From a virus (Duplodnaviria > Caudoviricetes), in IMG/VR virus record IMGVR_UViG_3300002835_000006: a DNA stretch of 64,000 nt. One strand, 5' to 3'. Positions 54,605 through 64,000 of the stretch are shown here, one piece after another. The stretch's first letter is position 1. The number at the start of each line of letters is the position of its first letter. The notes under the pieces are model-generated. The model did no database searches, was not told the origin of the DNA, and saw only the letters and a program-made list of their open reading frames with translations. Both the position numbers and the translations under genes were made by a program.

Positions 54605-55261
54605 CTATTTTAATTTTGTTATTCCATATACCCAATTTAGGGGTAGAGGTTCTGTTTTTTTGATTTTTTTATTTTCATAACCATTTGTAATCCATTTTGT
54701 ACCAAATTGTGAATTTTTATTCCCTTTTTGGCTTATTGAATTTTTTTCACCTATTTTTTTCTTTGTTTCTTCGTTATGTTTTTTTCCGAGCCAGGAGTAA
54801 GAGTCTTGTATTGATTTTAATTTTCCATTTTTATGATTTTTTTCATTTGACGCAATACGGGATAGTGAAATTTTTTTTCTATAATTTGGGTCGGATTTCA
54901 ACATTTCTCTATGTTTTATACCCGCGGCTTTAGAACACTTGTATTGGTGAGTTGGATTATTAAACCCGCCAGTACCACCAGGTTTCAAATTATAACAATT
55001 CGGGTCATTTAGAAAATTCTCGTTTATAATTTCCTTTTCTCTTTTTATCAACTCTTCTCTATTGATACACCATTCGAGAATTTCGAATTTGAAATTATTC
55101 GGACCGTATTTTCTTATTGCAAATCTTAAATTAGTTCCACTCCCTATGTAACCATCGTTCAGGTTTGTTGTTGAATGCATTCCAACGTAAAATTTATTAT
55201 TGAGGAGGTTTGTTGTCTTGTATATAAAATGATATTTTTTTGACTTATTTGAGTTCGACAT
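54605..55261 (-). mobile_element. Free-standing GIY-YIG homing endonuclease (Seg-like) with NUMOD3-like motif
   Basis: HFIYKTTNLLNNKFYVGMH...DGYIGSG; CYNL..GG; GKKHNEETKKKI. Confidence 0.85.
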
Positions 55262-55298
55262 ACTAATAAATATGTCAAGAACTCAAAAAAGTCTGCGG

Positions 55299-55688
55299 TG
55301 GAGAAGACGGGAGTCGAACCCGTGTCTTGTTCGCGATAACTATAAGTGACTACACGTTTATTACAACATTGTTTCTCAATGTTCCGAAATATTAGGTTTG
55401 ATATATGTGAGAAACCTACCTACAAACAACTTGGTCTCAGAATTATTTTAAACGAGCTCTGACCTGTGACCCGTATAATGGACTTCTGTTCCTAGGTTAT
55501 ATGTCCTAACCGACCCGACGTTGTCAAAACTATCAAGCTTTAACAACAGCTTCCTCAGCGATAAGACCGAGAGCAGCCATTTTAGCAAAAGTATTGCCAG
55601 TTGTGTTTTAAATCAGTTTTTAAGGAGGTAATTTAGCTCCTACGTGCCACCTATACCTATACACGCCAATCGATGCCATTTCTTCCCC
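55299..55688 (-). ncRNA. ssrA: tmRNA
   Basis: 5' GGGGAAG pairs with 3' CTTCTCC-A giving G3.U70; T-arm GGTTCGACTCC; resume context ACAACT-GGC; tag frame ends TGA TAG. Confidence 0.92.
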
Positions 55689-55754
55689 GTAATTTCAAAT
55701 AACTTTTACAAATATAAGAATAAATATTTTAATTCCAAACCTGTATTTATCAAT

Positions 55755-56798
55755 ATGGGAAAATTTGATTCTTTTGTTGCTTTAAAAAATTTTATTCAAG
55801 GTAAAATTGATTCTTCAGATTTGAAAAATCTCATACCACAAATTTATAAAGTGGATGTGAATTATGATGATTTGAGTAAAAGTTTGGTAACATATGAGTT
55901 TGAAAATGAATCAGATTTATTGAAAATGATTGATATTTCTGATGATGATATTTGGTTTTATAATAGTATCTCAAATCCATATACAGGTTATTACATATAC
56001 GGTCCTGATAACTCTGAAACCGATTTTGAAGAAGGTTATGGTTTATGGGATGAGTTGGATGGTGATAATTGGGAAAAATTTGAAACTATTTCAAGATTTG
56101 TTATGAAACAACCCTTTTCACAAGACATTGATTTTCTTAGTGTCTTCGCTCACACTTTGCAAAGACTTTTCCCAAAAAATGTTCGAGCGATGATAAATGA
56201 TTATTCACAAGAAAGGGATAATCAAATGAAAGATGCTGCACAAAATGTAATTCAAAGAGATTTGGATGATTATTTTTCGCAACTTGGTATGGAGTATAAA
56301 AACGGTTTTTTAAAATTTGAAATAGGTAAAGTATTTGAACAATATGTTTATAGTGGTCAATTGACACTGTCATTCGAAAAAATTTTGAAAAAATATCTAA
56401 AATCAGAATATACGCCTGAAGGTGGGTGGAGTGATAGTACTTGGGAATATCAATCGTCAGATGGTTTTGACAGTGAATACTTCAATAGGGAGGTCGAAAA
56501 AGAATTAGATTCCATAATTGAAAAAATTATGGAAAATGAAGAGGAGTCAAAAAACTTTATTTCCATGGTTGAAAGAATTGAAAGTAAATTCAAACAAGGT
56601 GTACTGTATGATTTGCCAAAGGATAGGTCTAATAAAGTTAAATTCTCCATCCAAGCCTACGATTATCCAAAACAGGAAGTTATTGTTAAATTGAGAAAAG
56701 ATTTGAAGGAAAAGACATTTTCCATGAAAGAACAGAATTTTTATAATTTATTATATCAACCTGAATTATTTAAAATTGGAGAATTGCACGATTTGTAG
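55755..56798 (+). CDS. Hypothetical acidic protein
   Basis: Start moved to ATG 55755 after TATTTATC; the longer ORF overlaps the tmRNA. Confidence 0.7.
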   Translation: MGKFDSFVALKNFIQGKIDSSDLKNLIPQIYKVDVNYDDLSKSLVTYEFENESDLLKMIDISDDDIWFYNSISNPYTGYYIYGPDNSETDFEEGYGLWDELDGDNWEKFETISRFVMKQPFSQDIDFLSVFAHTLQRLFPKNVRAMINDYSQERDNQMKDAAQNVIQRDLDDYFSQLGMEYKNGFLKFEIGKVFEQYVYSGQLTLSFEKILKKYLKSEYTPEGGWSDSTWEYQSSDGFDSEYFNREVEKELDSIIEKIMENEEESKNFISMVERIESKFKQGVLYDLPKDRSNKVKFSIQAYDYPKQEVIVKLRKDLKEKTFSMKEQNFYNLLYQPELFKIGELHDL

Positions 56799-56810
56799 TA
56801 CATTTGTGTA

Positions 56811-57641
56811 ATGCAAAACGATTTATTATTCCTGAAAGAAGTATTATCAGTTCCTACTGTAACTTATCAAGAAGAATTTATGATAAGATTCATACTCGAT
56901 TGGCTAGAAGAAAATAAAATTGAAAATTATGTTGATGAGCGTGGTAACATTTATGCGACCAAAAAAATTTCCGAAGTGGATAATGATTTTTATTATCCTT
57001 GTGTTGTATCTCATACTGATACTGTTCACTCCATTAGACATTTGATAATTCGAGAAGAGCAGTTACCAAATGCTCAAGGAGAGTTAAAACTATCCTTAAA
57101 GGCTTACGACGTAAACGGTTCTCCTACAGGTATCGGTGGAGATGATAAAGCCGGAGTTTTTGCATGTCTGAAATTATTATCAGAGTTACCCTATTTGAAA
57201 GCTGCTTTCTTCGTGTCAGAAGAAACTGGCTGTCACGGGTCAAGAAATTGTGATATTAAATTTTTCGACAACGTAGGATATGCAATTCAATTTGACGCAC
57301 CCGAGAATTGGATGGTTACTGAAACATGTTCTGGTCAAGTTATGTTTGACCGAAACTCAGAATTTTTCAAAAGTTGTGATGAAGTGTTGACAGAGAACAT
57401 GCATAAGGATTACATAGATTATATGGTTCACCCCTATACTGATGTTTATGCATTGAGAAGTAAATTTGATTTTTCTTGTATAAATTTTTCGATTGGATAT
57501 TACGACTATCATTCACCTGATGAATATGTCGTTGTTGAAGATGTTTTCAACGGAATAAAGATGGGAAAACTTATGATTGAGAAATTGGGATATAAATTAC
57601 ACTTCAAAAAAGCGAAAGACCACGGAAAATTCTATTTATAA
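56811..57641 (+). CDS. M28/M20-family metallopeptidase
   Basis: GNIY.TK, VSHTDTVH, GGDDKAG, SEETGCHGS, QFDAP, GYYDYHSPDE. Confidence 0.85.
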   Translation: MQNDLLFLKEVLSVPTVTYQEEFMIRFILDWLEENKIENYVDERGNIYATKKISEVDNDFYYPCVVSHTDTVHSIRHLIIREEQLPNAQGELKLSLKAYDVNGSPTGIGGDDKAGVFACLKLLSELPYLKAAFFVSEETGCHGSRNCDIKFFDNVGYAIQFDAPENWMVTETCSGQVMFDRNSEFFKSCDEVLTENMHKDYIDYMVHPYTDVYALRSKFDFSCINFSIGYYDYHSPDEYVVVEDVFNGIKMGKLMIEKLGYKLHFKKAKDHGKFYL

Positions 57642-58292
57642 AAATTTTTCTAATTTTTCTATAAAGGGTTTCACCATAGGGTGGTCTTGTATATCTGAAT
57701 ATTCCATACCCTTTGATTTCATATGTTTTATGGTGTCAATAATTCTTTGTAAACTTGAACCCACAAATTTTGATGCTTGAGGATATTGTTGTATAAATTC
57801 CGACAATTTGAATATTTTTTTTGATTCTTCAATTGGCATTTTCAAACTGAAAACTAATCTTCCTAACATATTTTTCGCATATTGGTCCGCATCTAACTCC
57901 ATCTCCCAATATTGTTGATAAATTTTCTCGAAATCTTCCAAATCGTAATCTGTTAGAGGATTGGGCATTTTTATTTCTGAAATTTGTTGTTCGTGTCTTA
58001 TTTCATGAAATAAAGTATAAAGAAAATCCCCCAAGGTAGCCATTTGACTTGGAGCACAAATTATAACTTGGTCTCTTGTTCTCACTCCTGCATATGATGG
58101 ACAAGCATTTAAAAACTTCACATTGTAATTTGATTTTTCTATAAAATTTTTAACAAAACTTCTAATCATCGGTATCCTGTCTAAATAATTTTTTGGAAAA
58201 ATAGATTTGAAATTTTCCAAAACTTTGTCAAGATTTGAAGTGGGGTTTTCTGAGTCAGACTCTCTTAAAATTTTTCTTATCAATTCACGCAT
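57636..58292 (-). CDS. Hypothetical protein with HExxH motif
   Basis: LFHEIRHEQQ...WEMELDAD. Confidence 0.65.
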   Translation of the reverse strand: MRELIRKILRESDSENPTSNLDKVLENFKSIFPKNYLDRIPMIRSFVKNFIEKSNYNVKFLNACPSYAGVRTRDQVIICAPSQMATLGDFLYTLFHEIRHEQQISEIKMPNPLTDYDLEDFEKIYQQYWEMELDADQYAKNMLGRLVFSLKMPIEESKKIFKLSEFIQQYPQASKFVGSSLQRIIDTIKHMKSKGMEYSDIQDHPMVKPFIEKLEKFL

Positions 58293-58305
58293 TTCATATA
58301 AATAC

Positions 58306-58333
58306 AAAAAAAGGGACTTATCGTCCCTTTTTT
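58306..58333 (-). terminator. Terminator after the Clp ATPase gene
   Basis: AAAAAAAGGGAC-TTATC-GTCCCTTTTTTT. Confidence 0.8.
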
Positions 58334-60327
58334 GTTATTTTTATTTCTTCTTTCTCAACTTTCAAATGATAGGTTTTCCCTTCGATGAATTTTCCTGTGA
58401 GAACTTCCTCAGAAATTAAATCTTCAACTTTGTCTTGAATTGCTCTTTTCAAGGGTCTTGCTCCATACAATTCGTCATATCCTATTTTTGAAAGGTATTC
58501 AATAAGACTATCATCGTATGTGACAGTATATTTTAATTCAGAAAGCCTGTTAGAAAGTTTTTTCAATTCAATCTCCGTGATTTTTTTAATATCGTCTTTT
58601 GATAAAGAATTGAAAACAATCGTATCATCAATCCTATTCAAGAACTCAGGAGAAAAGAAATTTTTCATTTCTTTCATGAGAACCTGTTTTCTGGCTTCCT
58701 CATTTGAATAGGAATTAGAGAAACCAATCCCTGTACCGAAATCTTGTAATTTTTTGACTCCTAAGTTTGTTGTCAAAATAATCAAAGTATTTTTAAAATT
58801 GATTTTTCTACCGAGAGAATCTGTCACGTGTCCTTCATCAAGAATTTGTAACAAGATTGTGAAAACGTCTTTATGTGCTTTTTCTACCTCGTCGAAAAGG
58901 ATAACTGAGTAAGGTTTGTTTTTAACCTTTTCAGTTAGTTGTCCCCCTTCATCGTATCCGACATAACCAGGAGGGGCACCTACTAATTTGGATACAGTGT
59001 GTTTTTCTTGGTATTCACTCATGTCAACTCTGATAAGAGCTTCTTCTGAACCAAACATCTCTTTCGCAAGTTGTTTTGCCAAGTGTGTTTTACCGACGCC
59101 AGTAGAACCGAGAAAAATAAATGAACCGATTGGCCTGTTGGGGTCTTTGATACCCAAGCGGTTTCTTTTAATTGATTTAACCACTTTGATTACGGCCGAA
59201 TCTTGTCCAATAACCTTACCTGTTAGCTCCTTATCCAAGTTTATCAGAGATTTTGTATCATCAACACTCATTTTGTTTACAGGAATTTTGGTCATATTTG
59301 AAACAACATCATAAACCATGTTCAACGTGATTTCTTGTTTTTGTTTCTCCATTTCCTCATCAAATTTCTTTTTCTCCGAATCTAATTTATCCAACAACTT
59401 TTTTTCTCTATCTCGTAATTGCGCCGCTTGTTCGTAATTCTGTTTTTTTACAACATCGATTTTTTGTTGTTTGATTTCCGCAGCCTTTTTTTTGAGTTCC
59501 TCAATAACCTCGGGAATTTTCACTTCTGTTTGCATACGTGCACCAACCTCATCTAAAATGTCAAATGCTTTGTCAGGAAATTCTCGGTCTGTAATATAAC
59601 GTTCAGCAAGTTTGACACAAACCTCAATGACCTCATCAGAGTACCTGACCTTGTGATAAGATTCATATTTGGGACGAATGTTCTTCAGAATTTCTATAGT
59701 TTCAGCAACAGATGAAGCCTCAACAATAATTTTTTGGAATCGTCTTTCAAGAGCACCATCCTTTTCAATGTTTTTTCTGAACTCATCTAAAGTTGTGGCC
59801 CCAATAATTTGAATCTCACCACGTGATAAAGCGGGTTTGAAAATATTGGAACCATCCATAGAACCGGCAGAATTACCCGAACCAACCAAAGTGTGCACCT
59901 CGTCAATAAAAACTATAATGTTTGGGTTTGTCTGTAATTCTTCAATAATAACTTTCATCCTCTCTTCAAATTGTCCTCTATATTTTGTTCCCGCCACAAC
60001 AGAGGTCAGGTCTAAGTTTACAATTCTTTTATCAATAAGATTTTTGGGACATTCACCGCTTACAATTTTCATTGCTAAACCCTCTACAATTGCGGTTTTA
60101 CCACATCCCGGTTCTCCTAAGATAATTGGATTGTTTTTCTTGCGTCTTGATAGGATTTGTGCAATCCTCAAAATTTCTCGGTCTCTACCAATTACAGGGT
60201 CTAATTTACCTTCGGACGCAAGTTTATTTAAATCTCTACTGAAGTTGTCCAAAACAGGAGTAGAACTGTCGGAAGTCTTTTGCTTCCTACTTGTTTTCAT
60301 GTCGTCATCATCCATTAGTTCATTCAT
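58318..60327 (-). CDS. clpC: ClpC-type AAA+ ATPase lacking the N-terminal domain
   Basis: Two NBDs (GEPGCGKT, GSTGVGKT), UVR-like M-domain (YEQAAQLRDRE), IGF loop (GTGIGFS), GARPLKR. Confidence 0.88.
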   Translation of the reverse strand: MNELMDDDDMKTSRKQKTSDSSTPVLDNFSRDLNKLASEGKLDPVIGRDREILRIAQILSRRKKNNPIILGEPGCGKTAIVEGLAMKIVSGECPKNLIDKRIVNLDLTSVVAGTKYRGQFEERMKVIIEELQTNPNIIVFIDEVHTLVGSGNSAGSMDGSNIFKPALSRGEIQIIGATTLDEFRKNIEKDGALERRFQKIIVEASSVAETIEILKNIRPKYESYHKVRYSDEVIEVCVKLAERYITDREFPDKAFDILDEVGARMQTEVKIPEVIEELKKKAAEIKQQKIDVVKKQNYEQAAQLRDREKKLLDKLDSEKKKFDEEMEKQKQEITLNMVYDVVSNMTKIPVNKMSVDDTKSLINLDKELTGKVIGQDSAVIKVVKSIKRNRLGIKDPNRPIGSFIFLGSTGVGKTHLAKQLAKEMFGSEEALIRVDMSEYQEKHTVSKLVGAPPGYVGYDEGGQLTEKVKNKPYSVILFDEVEKAHKDVFTILLQILDEGHVTDSLGRKINFKNTLIILTTNLGVKKLQDFGTGIGFSNSYSNEEARKQVLMKEMKNFFSPEFLNRIDDTIVFNSLSKDDIKKITEIELKKLSNRLSELKYTVTYDDSLIEYLSKIGYDELYGARPLKRAIQDKVEDLISEEVLTGKFIEGKTYHLKVEKEEIKITKKGR

Positions 60328-60492
60328 GGTATATAATTTTTACAAAGATGTATCAAAAAATGTACACAAACAAATAATTTGTAATATTGTCATAATAAAT
60401 TTTTTTTTCATGACAATCTGTCATTTATTTAGTTTCGGCACACAACTTGACTCTAATTATATAAATAATAAACCTCAAAAACAAAAAAAACT

Positions 60493-60888
60493 ATGATTTT
60501 ATCTAACAACGAATTGAACAGAATTTTCGACGACATTTTCAATGGGACGTCCAAACCTTATTTCAAAACCTCAGTAATTTCAAAAAATCCTGATGAGGAG
60601 AATTATGAAATAAATCAAACAAAAGATGGTGCATATCTTTTCTTTGAGGTTCCTGGTTTTAATAAATCAAATCTCAAAGTAGAAATGGAAGACGGAATTC
60701 TAATCATTCAAGGAAAAAGAATTTATAAATTGAATGGTGAAGAAAAAACAAAATCTGTATCAAAAGAATTCAAAATTGGAAAGGAATATAATTCATCTGA
60801 GATTGAGGCAACAATAGAAGATGGTCTACTAACGGTATTCGTACCTAATTACAAAAAACAAGAAAAAAAGAGAATCAATCTCCTGTGA
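60493..60888 (+). CDS. Hsp20/alpha-crystallin small heat-shock protein
   Basis: EVPGFNKSNLKVEMEDGIL.I.G...IEATIEDGLLTV.VP. Confidence 0.88.
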   Translation: MILSNNELNRIFDDIFNGTSKPYFKTSVISKNPDEENYEINQTKDGAYLFFEVPGFNKSNLKVEMEDGILIIQGKRIYKLNGEEKTKSVSKEFKIGKEYNSSEIEATIEDGLLTVFVPNYKKQEKKRINLL

Positions 60889-60889
60889 T

Positions 60890-60921
60890 AAAAAAACCCT
60901 CAACTTAGTTGGGGGTTTTTT
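60890..60921. terminator. Bidirectional terminator
   Basis: AAAAAACCCTCAAC-TTA-GTTGGGGGTTTTTT. Confidence 0.75.
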
Positions 60922-61456
60922 CACACCAATCTATTATAAGATGAACTCTATCTTCATCACCATCATTCACCACAGAATGTGATAATTTATCATTATTCAT
61001 TTCCCAAATTTCACCGACTTTCATATTGATGGATTCTTCACCTACATTGAAAATACATTTTTCATTTGTAATTATTGGTATGTGTATCCTTTTAGAAAAT
61101 TTAAAAGTATTGTTTGCACTGTCAACGTGGGTTGGTATAATACTTTTTTTGTATAGTTTGACTAAAATAGCTCTGAGTAAATAACCTGAACCGCCGGTTT
61201 GTTTTTTTATAATTTCACAAATATTATTTAAATCCTCTTCGAAGAAGGTATAGTTTTTAGTAAACACTGGATTAAAGTTGGTAGAAAAAAAATCATTGTC
61301 ATAAACTATTTTAATTGTTTGTGTATTGACCATATCAGTACACGCTTTTTGTCTCAAGGTAAATTCGTTCCAATCTACTTTTTCACTATTTAATATCGTC
61401 AGAATATTCGATATGTCATAATGTCCATAATATTTGAAAGATTCATTTACATTCAT
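60905..61456 (-). CDS. Aspartyl/asparaginyl beta-hydroxylase-like 2OG oxygenase
   Basis: IPTHVD...RIHIPIITN...GEIWE.NN...HSVVN.GDEDRVHLIID. Confidence 0.85.
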   Translation of the reverse strand: MNVNESFKYYGHYDISNILTILNSEKVDWNEFTLRQKACTDMVNTQTIKIVYDNDFFSTNFNPVFTKNYTFFEEDLNNICEIIKKQTGGSGYLLRAILVKLYKKSIIPTHVDSANNTFKFSKRIHIPIITNEKCIFNVGEESINMKVGEIWEMNNDKLSHSVVNDGDEDRVHLIIDWCEKTPN

Positions 61457-61494
61457 ACTTATAATTATAATTCTTTAGTTAAAATAAATTTATT

Positions 61495-61737
61495 ATGTCA
61501 GTGATTAGAGAAACTATAGAAGGTTCAAAAATTATAAATGAAATTAAATCATCGAATCTCAAGAGGACAGAATATGATGTTGAAACAAAAATGATGATTG
61601 TTGAATTCAACAATGGTTCTAAATACCAATATGAGGACGTACCCCATCAAATTTATACAAGATTCAGAATGTCGGAGTCACAAGGAAAATTTTTTTCAAC
61701 TGATATTTCAAAAAAATACAAATTCAAAAAACTATAA
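61495..61737 (+). CDS. KTSC domain protein
   Basis: SSNL....YD.....L/M.VEF.NG..YQY.DVP...Y..F..SES.GKFF. Confidence 0.85.
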   Translation: MSVIRETIEGSKIINEIKSSNLKRTEYDVETKMMIVEFNNGSKYQYEDVPHQIYTRFRMSESQGKFFSTDISKKYKFKKL

Positions 61738-61758
61738 TTTTCGTGGTATTTATTGTGA

Positions 61759-63732
61759 ATGAAGAAGTTTCAAAAAATTTTAGATAGTTTTTCTTTGCAA
61801 GAAAATTTGAATCCCAAGGTTTGGGATAACTACGAGGATATTGATAAGGCAACTCTAAAATCTGAAGTAAGAAAAAAATTACTTGAGATTGCTGAGGAAT
61901 TTTCTGATGATTTAGGGGACGATGTCTTTATCGAAGATATTGTCTTGATGGGTTCTTTAGCAAATTACAACTGGTCAGAATTTTCGGACTTCGATTTACA
62001 CTTGCTTGTTGATTTCGGAAAATATGGTGAAGATGAGGAATTGTATAGAGAAATTTTCGAGTTAAAAAAGAAAGAGTTTAATAATAAATATGATATCACC
62101 ATTTATGGTTACGATGTTGAGGTTTATGCACAAGGTGCGGATGATGAACATTCCAGCAGTGCTGTTTATTCCATAATGAATGATGAATGGATTCAAAAAC
62201 CAGTCAAGGAAAATGCGGAAATAGATTTTGATTTTTTAAAAAAGAAAGTGAAATCTTGGATTTCAAAAATTGATGATACAATAGAAACCGAGGATATCGA
62301 TAAGATGAAATCTCTCAAAGAAAAAATAAAAAAATATCGTAAATCGGGATTAGAAAAAGAAGGAGAGTTTTCCTATGAAAATTTAGTTTTCAAATTTTTG
62401 AGAAGGTCGGAAATGATTGGAAAACTTTTTGAGGCAATAACAAAGGCTAAAGATAAAAAACTTTCAATCGAATCAAAAATCACTGAACAAAGTGATAGAT
62501 TATTTGGTTCCGCAAGTGTTAAAATACCCGCAGATGGTGCTCATGCGGGTCAAAGTGGATGGGCTAGTGGTAACGCTTGGGATATTAAAGCACCTATCGG
62601 AGAACCGGTTTATGCAATTGCGGATGGAACTGTTAAAACCTTCAAAGACTACGGACCTAAGGTAAGGAAAACTCAAGGGAAAAAACTTTTTGGTATAGGA
62701 TTCACTGTGAAGAGTGATAATTCATTACCCGATGTATATTATACTCATCTACAGAATGCTCAAGTACAAAAGGGTTCCAAAGTAAAATGTGGACAATTGT
62801 TAGGATATGTGATGGATTTTCCTGGAAGTTCCTATGACCACCTGCACATTGGAGTTGAGTATGGACACAATATAAGAGAATTTTTGAATGACGATGGTAC
62901 TCTAAAATGTGCCAAAGGGGAAATTGAAGTTACCCCTAAATCAAAACAAAAAAAACAATCTAATAAAGACCAACAGATGGTTTGGAATACTTTATCAGAT
63001 TCTGTTTTCTTGAAAAAGATTATGTCCTACGTGAAGGACGGTTTGTATTTTGAATATACTCCAGGACAAAAGATACCATATGAACAACCCGTAGAAGTGA
63101 TACAATCAGGTTTACAATTTTTTGGGTTTTCTTTACCAAGATATGGTGTTGATGGTAAATTCGGACCTGAAACCCAAGGAGCTGTTAAAGATTTTCAATC
63201 AAGTGTTGGGTTACCACAAACAGGAATTTTTGGAGTAGAAGATTCCAAATACCTTTTGGCTATGTTGATACAGAAAGGTTTTACTGATTCTGATTTGAGA
63301 GGTCTTCAATATGATAGGGATTTCGGATTAGAGTCAAAAAATGACCAAGATTTTTATCAAACTTTACTTACCAAACTAGGTGCACCTGTAACAAATGAAA
63401 ATATGAAGTTTTTATTGGCTTGGAGACAAGCTGAGGGTAAGGCAGGTAATTTTAATCCATTCAATACAACTCACAAACTCGAAAACTCAACCGATTTTAA
63501 CTCTGCGGGGGTCCAAAATTATCAGACATTAGATGATGGTATGTACGCAACACTAAGAACCCTAACCAATGGGAGATATAATTGTATCGTAAACGGTTTA
63601 ATAAATGATATAGGTGCTGCTGAAATAGCTAAATGTGCTTCTCTAGAAACTTGGGGAACGGGAGACTTAGTTGGTAAAGTAATCAGTGGTTATGAGAATG
63701 GAGCATCAATTAAAAGCCCAAGTCTCAGATAA
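61759..63732 (+). CDS. Multidomain: nucleotidyltransferase-like + M23 peptidase + PG-binding
   Basis: MGSLANYNWSEFSDFDLH (GS...DxD); DIKAPIGEPVYAIADG...YTHL...GQLLG...HLHIG; VDGKFGPETQGAVKDFQ. Confidence 0.75.
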   Translation: MKKFQKILDSFSLQENLNPKVWDNYEDIDKATLKSEVRKKLLEIAEEFSDDLGDDVFIEDIVLMGSLANYNWSEFSDFDLHLLVDFGKYGEDEELYREIFELKKKEFNNKYDITIYGYDVEVYAQGADDEHSSSAVYSIMNDEWIQKPVKENAEIDFDFLKKKVKSWISKIDDTIETEDIDKMKSLKEKIKKYRKSGLEKEGEFSYENLVFKFLRRSEMIGKLFEAITKAKDKKLSIESKITEQSDRLFGSASVKIPADGAHAGQSGWASGNAWDIKAPIGEPVYAIADGTVKTFKDYGPKVRKTQGKKLFGIGFTVKSDNSLPDVYYTHLQNAQVQKGSKVKCGQLLGYVMDFPGSSYDHLHIGVEYGHNIREFLNDDGTLKCAKGEIEVTPKSKQKKQSNKDQQMVWNTLSDSVFLKKIMSYVKDGLYFEYTPGQKIPYEQPVEVIQSGLQFFGFSLPRYGVDGKFGPETQGAVKDFQSSVGLPQTGIFGVEDSKYLLAMLIQKGFTDSDLRGLQYDRDFGLESKNDQDFYQTLLTKLGAPVTNENMKFLLAWRQAEGKAGNFNPFNTTHKLENSTDFNSAGVQNYQTLDDGMYATLRTLTNGRYNCIVNGLINDIGAAEIAKCASLETWGTGDLVGKVISGYENGASIKSPSLR

Positions 63733-63776
63733 TTAGATTATTTCTCAAAACTACTATATTTATAAAGAAAAATTAG

Positions 63777-64000
63777 ATGGCTTTATTAACATACCAAATA
63801 GCACCTTGTTTTGGCGGAACAACAATATTAGTTGATTTTGATAGTAGTAATTTACCTGCTGTAAATGGTTGTTATTTTTTGAGGTTCACGGGTGCAACTC
63901 AAGAGGGATGTTATGAGATAATTGATTATGCAGAACCAGCCACAGGAACTGATACTGTAAACTTCATGTCTATCAATCATGTTGATTGTGGGACTTGTTT
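63777..64000 (+). CDS. Partial CDS, Cys-containing (possible structural protein), runs off the window
   Basis: MALLTYQIAPCFGG...GCYEIIDY...HVDCGTC, open to the window end; TATTTATA upstream. Confidence 0.65.
   Translation, partial: MALLTYQIAPCFGGTTILVDFDSSNLPAVNGCYFLRFTGATQEGCYEIIDYAEPATGTDTVNFMSINHVDCGTC

Noticed and set aside
55644-55754. N-terminal extension of ORF 55644..56798
   Set aside because: Overlaps the tmRNA 5' end on the opposite strand; ATG 55755 has the TATTTAT motif
58318-60327. ClpB disaggregase call
   Set aside because: The short UVR-type M-domain and the IGF loop indicate a ClpP-partner (ClpC-type) ATPase
60330-60492. CIRCE (HrcA) operator near the chaperone genes
   Set aside because: TTAGCACTC-N9-GAGTGCTAA is absent

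Overview
AT-rich, gene-dense segment of a large (probably jumbo) dsDNA tailed phage that most likely infects a Bacteroidota host. Host evidence: TAnnTTTG -7 promoter motifs, a T9SS C-terminal sorting domain, a TonB-dependent outer-membrane receptor and a Bacteroidota-type tmRNA resume context. Standard code 11 fits all ORFs. Contents: (i) a GH19 endolysin next to an operon of secreted/outer-membrane proteins (C-type lectin, CsgG-like, T9SS cargo with cohesin/dockerin-like modules); (ii) accessory metabolic genes (ppk2, thyA, 2OG-Fe(II) oxygenases, GT17-like, two tandem carbamoyltransferases, sulfotransferase-like); (iii) a proteostasis set (clpP, an N-domain-less ClpC-type ATPase with an IGF loop, Hsp20, tmRNA with an atypical tag); (iv) 16 tRNA genes interleaved with RNA-repair-type enzymes; (v) large, probably virion-packaged proteins preceded by a recurrent TATTTAT motif. 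The most novel-looking signals are a compact pseudoknotted ncRNA candidate between tRNA-Trp and tRNA-CAT (44463-44588), a 40-nt tRNA minihelix with CCA (39899-39938), short leader ORF + terminator modules, and the cohesin/dockerin-T9SS-CsgG surface operon. No capsid, terminase, polymerase, CRISPR array or reverse transcriptase was recognised. All family calls are by eye from motifs, and all RNA pairings were derived by hand; no searches were run.
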